Shown here in pieces: positions 1 to 12,684 of a DNA stretch of 64,000 bases. Every line of letters starts with the position of its first letter. Positions within the stretch are counted from its first letter, which is position 1. This DNA is from Escherichia coli (GTDB taxonomy: Bacteria; Pseudomonadota; Gammaproteobacteria; Enterobacterales; Enterobacteriaceae): assembly GCF_003334355.1 (NCBI RefSeq), contig NZ_QOWP01000013.1. One strand, written 5' to 3'. The translations under genes were made by a program, and so were the position numbers. The notes beneath the pieces were generated by a model. The model was given only the letters and a program-made list of their open reading frames with translations. It was not told where the DNA came from and did no database searches.

Positions 1-77
1 TGTTTTTGTCATGTGAGTCACCTCTGACTGAGAGTTTACTCACTTAGCCGCGTGTCCACTATTGCTGGGTAAGATCA
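1..77 (-). mobile_element. IS3 left terminal inverted repeat plus first 4 codons of orfA (insE); element body lies upstream of the window
   Basis: Reverse complement of 1-77 reads TGATCTTACCCAGCAATAGTGGACACGCGGCTAAGTGAGTAAACTCTCAGTCAGAGGTGACTCACATGACAAAAACA, matching the IS3 end and orfA start (ATG ACA AAA ACA = MTKT) as I recall them. All three plus-strand frames hit stops within nt 1-47. Confidence 0.85.
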
Positions 78-695
78 GATAGCCCATCAGCCATAGCGGT
101 TGGGCAGCGTAAAGACGGGGAAATCTACACAGCGGATCTCAAAAGTAAGGCGCTTGCATTCACGATGGCACACGCACTTGAGCTCGGTGATAAAATGATT
201 TCAATCAATCTATTACCTATGACCCTGGTTAACGAACCTGACGCAGTCTCTTTTTTACTTAATGAAATAAAGGCCAATGCTCTGGTGCCTGAACAAATCA
301 TCGTTGAATTTACTGAAAGTGAAGTCATATCTCGGTTTGATGAGTTTGCCGAAGCGATTAAATCGCTAAAGGCTGCTGGTATCAGTGTAGCAATTGATCA
401 TTTTGGCGCAGGTTTTGCTGGTTTGTTACTCCTGTCACGCTTCCAGCCTGACAGAATTAAAATCAGTCAGGAATTGATTACCAATGTTCATAAAAGTGGG
501 CCACGGCAGGCAATTATTCAGGCGATCATAAAATGCTGTACATCACTTGAAATTCAAGTCAGTGCTATGGGCGTGGCAACACCAGAAGAGTGGATGTGGC
601 TTGAATCCGCAGGAATTGAGATGTTTCAGGGAGATCTGTTTGCTAAAGCTAAATTGAATGGTATCCCTTCCATAGCGTGGCCAGAGAAAAAATAA
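78..695 (+). pseudogene. bluF: bluF (ycgF) 3-prime fragment encoding the EAL-domain portion; 5-prime BLUF-domain part separated by the IS3 insertion
   Basis: Open frame from 78 (DSPSAIAVGQRKDGEIYTADLKSKALAFTMAHALELGDK...) to stop at 695; EAL-like C-terminus; synteny immediately upstream of bluR. Preceded directly by the IS3 end; no in-frame continuation upstream. Confidence 0.7.
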
Positions 696-814
696 TTTTC
701 AGCACATTCTTTCACATGATTTCAGTAAATCATCGTGAAAATGAATACGTTACGTTTAAATTTAATCCACATTAAAAATAATGTTTCATCCAATTTAGCT
801 GAAATCTTATTTAT

Positions 815-848
815 ACTTTGTACAATTTTAGCGTATATTGTACAAAGT
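815..848. promoter_or_regulatory. Perfect 12-bp inverted repeat ACTTTGTACAAT-N10-ATTGTACAAAGT upstream of bluR; candidate MerR-type operator
   Basis: Seen directly in sequence about 50-85 bp upstream of the bluR GTG start; the factor that binds it is inferred, not known. Confidence 0.4.
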
Positions 849-899
849 ATTATTGGGTCGTGTACAGGCGACGGAGATTTGTGACCGCAAGGAGGAATT

Positions 900-1631
900 G
901 TGGCTTATTACAGCATTGGTGATGTTGCTGAACGTTGCGGGATTAATCCTGTCACTCTCCGGGCCTGGCAACGCCGCTACGGTTTGTTAAAACCACAGCG
1001 CAGTGAAGGCGGACACCGACTCTTTGATGAAGAAGACATACAACGCATCGAAGAGATCAAGCGTTGGATAAGTAATGGCGTCCCTGTAGGCAAAGTTAAA
1101 GCATTACTGGAAACCACCAGCCAGGATACGGAAGATGACTGGAGCCGCCTGCAAGAAGAGATGATGTCAATTCTTCGCATGGCTAATCCTGCCAAACTAC
1201 GCGCGAGAATTATTTCACTGGGTCGAGAGTACCCAGTAGATCAATTGATTAATCATGTTTACCTTCCTGTTCGCCAGCGTCTCGTGCTTGATCACAACAC
1301 CTCCCGCATTATGAGCAGTATGTTTGACGGCGCATTAATTGAATACGCAGCAACCTCGCTTTTCGAAATGCGCCGTAAGCCCGGTAAAGAAGCCATTCTG
1401 ATGGCGTGGAATGTTGAAGAGAGAGCACGATTGTGGCTGGAAGCATGGCGTTTATCATTGTCAGGATGGCACATTTCTGTTCTTGCTGATCCCATTGAAT
1501 CGCCGCGCCCGGAACTGTTCCCGACGCAAACATTGATTGTCTGGACAGGCATGGCACCAACGAGAAGGCAAAACGAACTTTTACAACACTGGGGTGAGCA
1601 AGGTTATAAAGTCATCTTTCATGCCCCCTAA
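900..1631 (+). CDS. bluR: MerR-family transcriptional repressor BluR (YcgE)
   Basis: 243-aa ORF with GTG start preceded by AAGGAGG; N-terminal MerR HTH ([30 protein letters not shown]); synteny bluF-bluR-ycgX. Confidence 0.85.
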
Positions 1632-1851
1632 TTTCACCTTTATCCCGCCCCTTAGACAGAATGTTATAATCTGAACCCACAACAGCGTTTGTACCGGAGC
1701 TGGTCCGTTGCAAAATGCTCACCGGGAGAATTCAGATATTCCCTCTATCACACTCTGTACATATCACAGCCAAAGGACAGACCAGATTGAAGTGGTAAAA
1801 CCGATCGTGCACACTACGCAGTCTCACAACTAACAAGAGGTTATTATCCTG

Positions 1852-2256
1852 ATGGATCAGGTCGTTGTTTTTCAAAAGATGTTTGAGCAAGTGAGAAAAG
1901 AGCAAAACTTCTCCTGGTTTTATTCAGAATTAAAACATCACCGTATTGCACATTACATTTATTATCTGGCTACGGATAACATCAGAATTATTACTCACGA
2001 TGATACGGTTTTGTTATTAAGAGGAACCAGGAACCTGTTAAAAGTTAGTACGACCAAGAACCCTGCTAAAATAAAAGAGGCCGCATTGCTTCATATTTGC
2101 GGAAAATCTACATTTCGGGAATACTGTTCAACACTGGCAGGCGCGGGCGTTTTCCGGTGGGTTACTGATGTTAATCATAACAAACGCAGTTACTACGCCA
2201 TTGATAATACGCTTTTATATATTGAAGATGTAGAAAATAATAAACCATTAATCTAG
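1852..2256 (+). CDS. ycgX: DUF1398-family protein YcgX
   Basis: 134-aa ORF; length and position between bluR and iraM match the K-12 ycgX. Confidence 0.75.
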   Translation: MDQVVVFQKMFEQVRKEQNFSWFYSELKHHRIAHYIYYLATDNIRIITHDDTVLLLRGTRNLLKVSTTKNPAKIKEAALLHICGKSTFREYCSTLAGAGVFRWVTDVNHNKRSYYAIDNTLLYIEDVENNKPLI

Positions 2257-2465
2257 CTAAAGTTGGATACTTAAGAAATGCTTCATAATTCAGTAAGGCA
2301 TTAGCATAATGGAAATAAAAGTGCAGAGACTATCTCTATGGATGATTAATACTGTCTTTTTATTGTCACCCATAAATAATCACCAGACTAATACTATCAA
2401 CTTGATATTTGAAATGTGATCACTTGACTTTTGATACGTTATTTTATAACGGTTAACATATTTAT

Positions 2466-2512
2466 AAAAACAACGGCCGTGCCACACGTCCGTTTCAATA
2501 CTTAACGCACAT
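2466..2512 (-). terminator. Terminator-like hairpin (ACGGCCGTG..CACGTCCGT) with T-run on the minus strand; imperfect copy of the icd terminator
   Basis: Hairpin plus TGTTTTT on the minus strand; about 80 percent identical over 45 bp to 3333-3380. Confidence 0.45.
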
Positions 2513-2955
2513 GTATTTTGGTTTAGTCATCATCCGGTTATATGTATTTTAGCCAGGAACAGGTTAAATCATTCCTATATAACTCAAAAATTGAAACCTT
2601 ATTCTCATGTCATGCTTATATTCATTATTATCGTTATATAAAAAGGCAACCATAATGTTTAGCAAATTGGCACAAAGTAGCATAAAGGCTATGTTTTAAT
2701 TACAGGATGTTCAGTCATTTGAATGTATAACATTATAGCTAAACAAATCTAAAACGAAGTCAATAATTTATTGCTTTCACAAAATCTCATTTTGTTTAAC
2801 ATCCATTGAGATTCCTTGCTTTAAATTTTATTTTATATAAGCCATCATTTTAATTAATTTATTTTTTTGAGGGGGGGGTAATATACTCATATGCAAAATC
2901 AAGAAATAAACATCCTAATGAACCATATTAAATACCGTGGGATAAGACATAACAA

Positions 2956-3279
2956 ATGAAGTGGATAGTAATTGACACGGTAATTCAACCTACATGTGGT
3001 ATATCTTTTTCAGCCATATGGGGTAATATGAAAATGATCATCTGGTATCAATCTACTATATTTCTCCCTCCTGGCAGTATATTTACACCGGTTAAGTCTG
3101 GTATTATCCTTAAGGATAAAGAATATCCTATTACTATTTATCACATCGCACCATTCAACAAGGATTTATGGAGTTTACTCAAAAGCAGTCAAGAGTGTCC
3201 TCCAGGAGAAAGCAAAATAACAAATAAATGTTTACATAATAGTTGCATTATAAAAATATGCCCATATGGGCTCAAGTAA
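2956..3279 (+). CDS. iraM: Anti-adaptor protein IraM (YcgW), RssB inhibitor that stabilises RpoS
   Basis: 107-aa ORF ([18 protein letters not shown]...) in an AT-rich segment between ycgX and icd; matches my recollection of IraM in length and sequence. Confidence 0.75.
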   Translation: MKWIVIDTVIQPTCGISFSAIWGNMKMIIWYQSTIFLPPGSIFTPVKSGIILKDKEYPITIYHIAPFNKDLWSLLKSSQECPPGESKITNKCLHNSCIIKICPYGLK

Positions 3280-3321
3280 TGGGCTTCATATAAATATGCT
3301 CGATATGCTATTAATAATATC

Positions 3322-3357
3322 CACATAAATAAAACAACGGGCGTGTTATACGCCCGT
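3322..3357 (-). terminator. icd rho-independent terminator
   Basis: Perfect 7-bp stem ACGGGCG/CGCCCGT with 7-nt loop immediately after the icd stop, followed on the minus strand by TGTTTTATTT. Confidence 0.75.
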
Positions 3358-3381
3358 TTCAATATTTAACACATGGAGAGA

Positions 3382-4632
3382 TTACATGTTTTCGATGATC
3401 GCTTCACCAAACTCTGAACATTTCAGCAGCTTAGCGCCTTCCATCAGACGTTCGAAGTCATAAGTTACGGTCTTGGCATTGATTGCGCCTTCCATACCTT
3501 TAACAATCAGGTCAGCCGCTTCAGTCCAACCCATATGGCGCAGCATCATCTCAGCGGAGAGAATAATAGAGCCAGGATTTACTTTGTCCTGACCGGCATA
3601 TTTCGGCGCAGTACCGTGGGTGGCTTCAAACAGGGCGCATTCGTCACCGATGTTTGCACCAGGGGCGATACCGATACCGCCAACCTGCGCTGCCAGGGCG
3701 TCAGAAATGTAGTCACCGTTCAGGTTCATACAGGCGATAACATCATATTCAGCCGGACGCAGCAGGATCTGTTGCAGGAATGCATCAGCAATCACGTCTT
3801 TAATGACGATCTCTTTGCCAGTGTTCGGGTTTTTAACTTTCAGCCACGGGCCACCGTCGATCAGTTCACCGCCAAACTCTTCACGCGCCAGCTGGTAGCC
3901 CCAGTCTTTAAACGCTCCTTCGGTGAACTTCATGATGTTGCCTTTGTGCACCAGAGTCACAGAGTCACGATCGTTAGCAATTGCGTATTCGATCGCTGCA
4001 CGAACCAGACGTTTGGTGCCTTCTTCCGAACACGGCTTAATACCGATACCACAATGTTCCGGGAAGCGAATTTTCTTCACCCCCATCTCTTCACGCAGGA
4101 ATTTAATCACTTTCTCGGCGTCGGCAGAGTCTGCTTTCCATTCGATACCCGCATAAATGTCTTCCGAGTTTTCACGGAAGATAACCATATCGGTCAGTTC
4201 AGGGTGTTTAACCGGGCTTGGAGTGCCCTGATAGTAACGTACCGGACGCAGGCAGATGTAGAGATCCAGTTCCTGGCGCAGGGCAACGTTCAGAGAGCGA
4301 ATACCGCCACCAACCGGAGTGGTCAGCGGACCTTTAATGGCAACGCGATATTCACGAATCAGATCAAGAGTTTCAGCAGGCAGCCAGACGTCCTGACCAT
4401 AAACCTGTGTGGATTTTTCACCGGTGTAAATTTCCATCCAGGAGATTTTACGCTCGCCTTTATAGGCTTTCTCGACTGCAGCGTCGACCACTTTCAGCAT
4501 GGCTGGGGTTACATCTACACCGATTCCATCACCTTCAATGTAAGGGATAATCGGATTTTCAGGAACGTTGAGTTTGCCGTTTTGCAGGGTGATCTTCTTG
4601 CCTTGTGCCGGAACAACTACTTTACTTTCCAT
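3382..4632 (-). CDS. icd: Isocitrate dehydrogenase (NADP), ancestral-type 3-prime end with no e14 prophage
   Basis: 416-aa [41 protein letters not shown]...; C-terminus ...[21 protein letters not shown]. Confidence 0.95.
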   Translation of the reverse strand: MESKVVVPAQGKKITLQNGKLNVPENPIIPYIEGDGIGVDVTPAMLKVVDAAVEKAYKGERKISWMEIYTGEKSTQVYGQDVWLPAETLDLIREYRVAIKGPLTTPVGGGIRSLNVALRQELDLYICLRPVRYYQGTPSPVKHPELTDMVIFRENSEDIYAGIEWKADSADAEKVIKFLREEMGVKKIRFPEHCGIGIKPCSEEGTKRLVRAAIEYAIANDRDSVTLVHKGNIMKFTEGAFKDWGYQLAREEFGGELIDGGPWLKVKNPNTGKEIVIKDVIADAFLQQILLRPAEYDVIACMNLNGDYISDALAAQVGGIGIAPGANIGDECALFEATHGTAPKYAGQDKVNPGSIILSAEMMLRHMGWTEAADLIVKGMEGAINAKTVTYDFERLMEGAKLLKCSEFGEAIIENM

Positions 4633-4803
4633 TCACCTCTCCTTCGAGCGCTACTGGTTTGCTCGTCTGCCACCACGTTGCATATGCGTTTGCGTCCTGC
4701 GATACGGATGCTTTAGAGCAATTTTTTGTTAATGATTTGTAATTGGCTTGTCAATACTACCCTATTGTTTGCCGTCATGAAAGATGCGCGTTATTAGGCT
4801 ATA

Positions 4804-5457
4804 ATGCGGCAATTCATAATCTCTGAAAATACCATGCAAAAAACTTCTTTTAGAAATCACCAGGTTAAGCGATTCAGCTCGCAACGTTCTACCAGGCGTA
4901 AACCTGAAAACCAGCCCACGCGTGTGATCCTGTTCAATAAACCCTACGATGTTCTTCCGCAGTTCACCGATGAAGCCGGACGCAAAACATTAAAAGAATT
5001 CATCCCGGTTCAGGGCGTTTATGCAGCAGGTCGCCTTGACCGCGATAGCGAAGGGTTGCTGGTGCTGACCAATAACGGCGCGTTGCAGGCGCGTTTAACC
5101 CAGCCGGGTAAACGCACCGGAAAAATCTATTATGTGCAGGTGGAAGGTATTCCCACACAAGACGCACTTGAAGCCTTGCGCAATGGCGTAACCTTAAATG
5201 ATGGCCCTACCCTGCCCGCCGGCGCGGAGCTGGTTGACGAACCCGCGTGGTTATGGCCGCGGAATCCATCAATTCGTGAACGCAAAAGTATTCCCACCAG
5301 CTGGCTGAAGATCACCTTATATGAAGGACGTAATCGCCAGGTGCGCCGCATGACCGCCCATGTTGGCTTCCCCACGCTGCGACTGATTCGCTATGCGATG
5401 GGTGATTACTCTTTGGATAATCTTGCCAATGGCGAATGGCGAGAAGTGACAGATTAA
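4804..5457 (+). CDS. rluE: 23S rRNA pseudouridine(2457) synthase RluE
   Basis: 217-aa ORF with RsuA/RluE-family motifs ([19 protein letters not shown]); synteny. Confidence 0.9.
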   Translation: MRQFIISENTMQKTSFRNHQVKRFSSQRSTRRKPENQPTRVILFNKPYDVLPQFTDEAGRKTLKEFIPVQGVYAAGRLDRDSEGLLVLTNNGALQARLTQPGKRTGKIYYVQVEGIPTQDALEALRNGVTLNDGPTLPAGAELVDEPAWLWPRNPSIRERKSIPTSWLKITLYEGRNRQVRRMTAHVGFPTLRLIRYAMGDYSLDNLANGEWREVTD

Positions 5458-5466
5458 GGATGCAAA

Positions 5467-7088
<1,622 letters not shown>

Positions 7089-7123
7089 TTATTATCTTTA
7101 CTTAAAACAAGGAAGCAGTGAAC

Positions 7124-7765
7124 GTGGCAAAGAATTACTATGACATCACCCTCGCCCTGGCCGGTATTTGTCAGTCGGCACGCCTGGTGCAACAACTCGC
7201 TCACCAGGGGCATTGTGATGCCGATGCGCTACACGTCTCACTCAACAGTATTATTGATATGAACCCCAGCTCGACGCTGGCGGTTTTTGGCGGTAGCGAA
7301 GCCAACCTGCGCGTCGGGCTGGAAACCCTGCTCGGCGTGCTCAATGCCAGCAGTCGCCAGGGCTTAAACGCCGAATTAACCCGCTACACACTCAGCTTGA
7401 TGGTGCTTGAGCGCAAACTCTCCTCAGCGAAAGGCGCGCTCGACACTCTGGGCAACCGGATCAACGGCCTGCAACGCCAGCTCGAACACTTCGATTTACA
7501 GTCCGAAACGCTGATGAGCGCGATGGCTGCTATCTATGTTGATGTGATTAGCCCGCTTGGCCCGCGCATTCAGGTCACCGGTTCCCCTGCTGTACTGCAA
7601 AGCCCACAAGTGCAGGCGAAAGTTCGCGCAACCCTGCTGGCAGGCATTCGCGCCGCCGTGCTCTGGCACCAGGTCGGCGGCGGACGTCTGCAACTGATGT
7701 TTTCTCGTAATCGCCTGACCACTCAGGCAAAACAAATTCTTGCTCATTTAACCCCGGAGTTGTGA
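7124..7765 (+). CDS. hflD: Lysogenization regulator HflD
   Basis: ORF 7118-7765; GTG at 7124 gives the 213-aa product ([14 protein letters not shown]...). Start codon choice is uncertain. Confidence 0.85.
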   Translation: MAKNYYDITLALAGICQSARLVQQLAHQGHCDADALHVSLNSIIDMNPSSTLAVFGGSEANLRVGLETLLGVLNASSRQGLNAELTRYTLSLMVLERKLSSAKGALDTLGNRINGLQRQLEHFDLQSETLMSAMAAIYVDVISPLGPRIQVTGSPAVLQSPQVQAKVRATLLAGIRAAVLWHQVGGGRLQLMFSRNRLTTQAKQILAHLTPEL

Positions 7766-9139
<1,374 letters not shown>

Positions 9140-9230
9140 ACCTCGTATCAGTGCCGGATGGCGATGCTGTCCGGCCTGCTTATTAAGATTATCCGCTTTT
9201 TATTTTTTCACTTTACCTCCCCTCCCCGCT

Positions 9231-9247
9231 GGTTTATTTAATGTTTA
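9231..9247 (+). promoter_or_regulatory. PhoP box (GGTTTA-N5-TGTTTA) of the autoregulated phoPQ promoter
   Basis: Perfect direct repeat GGTTTATTTAATGTTTA about 65 bp upstream of the phoP ATG. Confidence 0.8.
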
Positions 9248-9307
9248 CCCCCATAACCACATAATCGCGTTACACTATTTTAATAATTAAGACAGGGAGA
9301 AATAAAA

Positions 9308-9979
9308 ATGCGCGTACTGGTTGTTGAAGACAATGCGTTGTTACGTCACCACCTTAAAGTTCAGATTCAGGATGCTGGTCATCAGGTCGATGACGCAGAA
9401 GATGCCAAAGAAGCCGATTATTATCTCAATGAACATATACCGGATATTGCGATTGTCGATCTCGGATTGCCAGACGAGGACGGTCTGTCACTGATTCGCC
9501 GCTGGCGTAGCAACGATGTTTCACTGCCGATTCTGGTATTAACCGCCCGTGAAAGCTGGCAGGACAAAGTCGAAGTATTAAGTGCCGGTGCTGATGATTA
9601 TGTGACTAAACCGTTTCATATTGAAGAGGTGATGGCGCGAATGCAGGCATTAATGCGGCGTAATAGCGGTCTGGCTTCACAGGTCATTTCGCTCCCCCCG
9701 TTTCAGGTTGATCTCTCTCGCCGTGAATTATCTATTAATGACGAAGTGATCAAACTGACCGCGTTCGAATACACCATTATGGAAACGTTGATACGCAATA
9801 ATGGCAAAGTGGTGAGCAAAGATTCGTTAATGCTACAACTCTATCCGGATGCGGAGCTGCGGGAAAGCCATACCATTGATGTACTGATGGGACGTCTGCG
9901 CAAAAAAATTCAGGCACAATATCCGCAAGAAGTGATTACCACCGTTCGCGGCCAGGGCTATCTGTTCGAATTGCGCTGA
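9308..9979 (+). CDS. phoP: Two-component response regulator PhoP
   Basis: 223-aa [43 protein letters not shown]... Confidence 0.95.
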   Translation: MRVLVVEDNALLRHHLKVQIQDAGHQVDDAEDAKEADYYLNEHIPDIAIVDLGLPDEDGLSLIRRWRSNDVSLPILVLTARESWQDKVEVLSAGADDYVTKPFHIEEVMARMQALMRRNSGLASQVISLPPFQVDLSRRELSINDEVIKLTAFEYTIMETLIRNNGKVVSKDSLMLQLYPDAELRESHTIDVLMGRLRKKIQAQYPQEVITTVRGQGYLFELR

Positions 9980-11439
9980 TGAAAAAATTACTGCGTCTTT
10001 TTTTCCCGCTCTCGCTGCGGGTACGTTTTCTGTTGGCAACGGCAGCGGTAGTACTGGTGCTTTCGCTTGCCTACGGAATGGTCGCGCTGATCGGTTATAG
10101 CGTCAGTTTCGATAAAACTACGTTTCGGCTGTTACGTGGCGAAAGCAATCTGTTCTATACCCTTGCGAAGTGGGAAAACAATAAGTTGCATGTCGAGTTA
10201 CCAGAAAATATCGACAAGCAAAGCCCCACCATGACGCTAATTTATGATGAGAACGGGCAGCTTTTATGGGCGCAACGTGACGTGCCCTGGCTGATGAAGA
10301 TGATCCAGCCTGACTGGCTGAAATCGAATGGTTTTCATGAAATTGAAGCGGATGTTAACGATACCAGCCTCTTGCTGAGTGGAGATCATTCGATACAGCA
10401 ACAGTTGCAGGAAGTGCGGGAAGATGATGACGACGCGGAGATGACCCACTCGGTGGCAGTAAACGTCTACCCGGCAACATCGCGGATGCCAAAATTAACC
10501 ATTGTGGTGGTGGATACCATTCCGGTGGAGCTAAAAAGTTCCTATATGGTCTGGAGCTGGTTTATCTATGTGCTCTCAGCCAATCTGCTGTTAGTGATCC
10601 CGCTGCTGTGGGTCGCCGCCTGGTGGAGTTTACGCCCCATCGAAGCCCTGGCAAAAGAAGTCCGCGAACTGGAAGAACATAACCGCGAATTGCTCAATCC
10701 AGCCACAACGCGAGAACTGACCAGTCTGGTACGAAACCTGAACCGATTGTTAAAAAGTGAACGCGAACGTTACGACAAATACCGTACGACGCTCACCGAC
10801 CTGACCCATAGTCTGAAAACGCCACTGGCGGTGCTGCAAAGTACGCTGCGTTCTCTGCGTAGTGAAAAGATGAGCGTCAGTGATGCTGAGCCGGTAATGC
10901 TGGAGCAAATCAGCCGCATTTCACAGCAAATTGGCTACTACCTGCATCGTGCCAGTATGCGCGGCGGGACATTGCTCAGCCGCGAGCTGCATCCGGTCGC
11001 CCCACTGCTGGACAATCTCACCTCAGCGCTGAACAAAGTGTATCAACGCAAAGGGGTCAATATCTCTCTCGATATTTCGCCAGAGATCAGCTTTGTCGGT
11101 GAGCAGAACGATTTTGTCGAGGTGATGGGCAATCTGCTGGATAATGCCTGTAAATATTGCCTCGAGTTTGTCGAAATTTCTGCAAGGCAAACCGACGAGC
11201 ATCTCTATATTGTGGTCGAGGATGATGGACCCGGTATTCCATTAAGCAAGCGAGAGGTCATTTTCGACCGTGGTCAACGGGTTGATACTTTACGCCCTGG
11301 GCAAGGTGTAGGGCTGGCGGTAGCCCGCGAAATCACCGAGCAATATGAGGGTAAAATCGTCGCCGGAGAGAGCATGCTGGGCGGTGCGCGGATGGAGGTG
11401 ATTTTTGGTCGCCAGCATTCTGCGCCGAAAGATGAATAA
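9979..11439 (+). CDS. phoQ: Sensor histidine kinase PhoQ
   Basis: 486-aa ORF overlapping the phoP stop; two TM segments, H-box and ATPase motifs. Confidence 0.95.
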   Translation: MKKLLRLFFPLSLRVRFLLATAAVVLVLSLAYGMVALIGYSVSFDKTTFRLLRGESNLFYTLAKWENNKLHVELPENIDKQSPTMTLIYDENGQLLWAQRDVPWLMKMIQPDWLKSNGFHEIEADVNDTSLLLSGDHSIQQQLQEVREDDDDAEMTHSVAVNVYPATSRMPKLTIVVVDTIPVELKSSYMVWSWFIYVLSANLLLVIPLLWVAAWWSLRPIEALAKEVRELEEHNRELLNPATTRELTSLVRNLNRLLKSERERYDKYRTTLTDLTHSLKTPLAVLQSTLRSLRSEKMSVSDAEPVMLEQISRISQQIGYYLHRASMRGGTLLSRELHPVAPLLDNLTSALNKVYQRKGVNISLDISPEISFVGEQNDFVEVMGNLLDNACKYCLEFVEISARQTDEHLYIVVEDDGPGIPLSKREVIFDRGQRVDTLRPGQGVGLAVAREITEQYEGKIVAGESMLGGARMEVIFGRQHSAPKDE

Positions 11440-11514
11440 ATATGTCCATACTTCACGCATTACGTTAAGCATCCGTTATAATCGGTTGCAGATACCAGCC
11501 TGTGGATGCTTAAC

Positions 11515-12636
11515 ATGGAATACCAACTCACTCTTAACTGGCCCGATTTTCTTGAACGTCACTGGCAGAAACGCCCGGTGGTGTTAAAACGCGGCTTTAA
11601 TAATTTTATTGACCCGATCTCTCCAGACGAGTTGGCGGGTCTGGCGATGGAAAGCGAAGTCGACAGTCGACTGGTCAGTCACCAGGATGGCAAATGGCAG
11701 GTCAGCCACGGTCCGTTCGAAAGCTACGATCATCTCGGTGAAACTAACTGGTCATTGTTAGTGCAAGCAGTAAATCACTGGCATGAGCCGACCGCCGCGC
11801 TGATGCGACCGTTCCGTGAACTACCGGACTGGCGTATTGATGATCTGATGATCTCTTTTTCTGTACCTGGCGGCGGCGTCGGCCCGCATCTCGATCAGTA
11901 CGACGTGTTTATCATTCAGGGTACCGGACGTCGTCGCTGGCGAGTGGGCGAAAAGCTGCAAATGAAACAGCACTGCCCACACCCGGATCTGTTACAGGTC
12001 GATCCGTTCGAAGCCATCATCGATGAAGAGCTGGAGCCTGGCGATATTCTTTATATTCCGCCAGGATTCCCGCATGAAGGCTACGCGCTGGAAAATGCGA
12101 TGAACTATTCCGTGGGTTTTCGCGCGCCAAATACGCGGGAATTAATTAGCGGATTTGCCGATTATGTGCTGCAACGTGAACTGGGCGGCAACTACTACAG
12201 CGATCCTGATGTTCCACCTCGCGCTCATCCTGCGGACGTTCTGCCGCAAGAGATGGATAAACTGCGTGAGATGATGCTCGAATTGATCAACCAGCCGGAA
12301 CACTTTAAGCAATGGTTTGGCGAGTTTATATCCCAGTCACGTCATGAACTGGATATCGCGCCGCCAGAGCCGCCTTATCAGCCGGATGAAATCTACGATG
12401 CGCTGAAACAAGGTGATGTGCTGGTGCGCCTGGGTGGTCTGCGCGTATTGCGCATTGGCGACGACGTGTATGCCAATGGTGAGAAGATCGATTCCCCGCA
12501 CCGTCCGGCACTGGATGCACTCGCCAGCAACATTGCGCTGACCGCGGAGAATTTTGGCGATGCGCTGGAAGATCCGTCATTCCTCGCGATGCTCGCGGCG
12601 CTGGTCAATAGCGGATACTGGTTCTTCGAAGGGTAA
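11515..12636 (+). CDS. roxA: Ribosomal protein uL16 arginine hydroxylase RoxA (YcfD), JmjC/cupin
   Basis: Start set at MEYQLTLNW for 373 aa; synteny after phoQ. Confidence 0.85.
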   Translation: MEYQLTLNWPDFLERHWQKRPVVLKRGFNNFIDPISPDELAGLAMESEVDSRLVSHQDGKWQVSHGPFESYDHLGETNWSLLVQAVNHWHEPTAALMRPFRELPDWRIDDLMISFSVPGGGVGPHLDQYDVFIIQGTGRRRWRVGEKLQMKQHCPHPDLLQVDPFEAIIDEELEPGDILYIPPGFPHEGYALENAMNYSVGFRAPNTRELISGFADYVLQRELGGNYYSDPDVPPRAHPADVLPQEMDKLREMMLELINQPEHFKQWFGEFISQSRHELDIAPPEPPYQPDEIYDALKQGDVLVRLGGLRVLRIGDDVYANGEKIDSPHRPALDALASNIALTAENFGDALEDPSFLAMLAALVNSGYWFFEG

Positions 12637-12651
12637 GTTTGGATTTAAGCC

Positions 12652-12683
12652 GGATGCGGCATCACATGCCGCATCCCTTTTCG
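12652..12683. terminator. Bidirectional terminator between convergent roxA and pepT
   Basis: Perfect 11-bp stem GGATGCGGCAT/ATGCCGCATCC with 3-nt loop, then CTTTTCGC. Confidence 0.6.
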
Positions 12684-12684
12684 C

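Noticed and set aside
2956-3279. AT-rich 107-aa ORF first taken as an orphan or phage-derived gene
   Set aside because: Sequence and position match iraM (ycgW), a known chromosomal anti-adaptor gene; annotated as such.
2466-3380. Possibility that the 45-bp direct repeats are attL/attR of a prophage remnant such as e14
   Set aside because: The e14 attachment core lies inside the icd coding sequence, not in its terminator. No integrase, excisionase or phage genes lie between the repeats; the only gene is iraM. Kept as a finding about a small insertion, not called a prophage.
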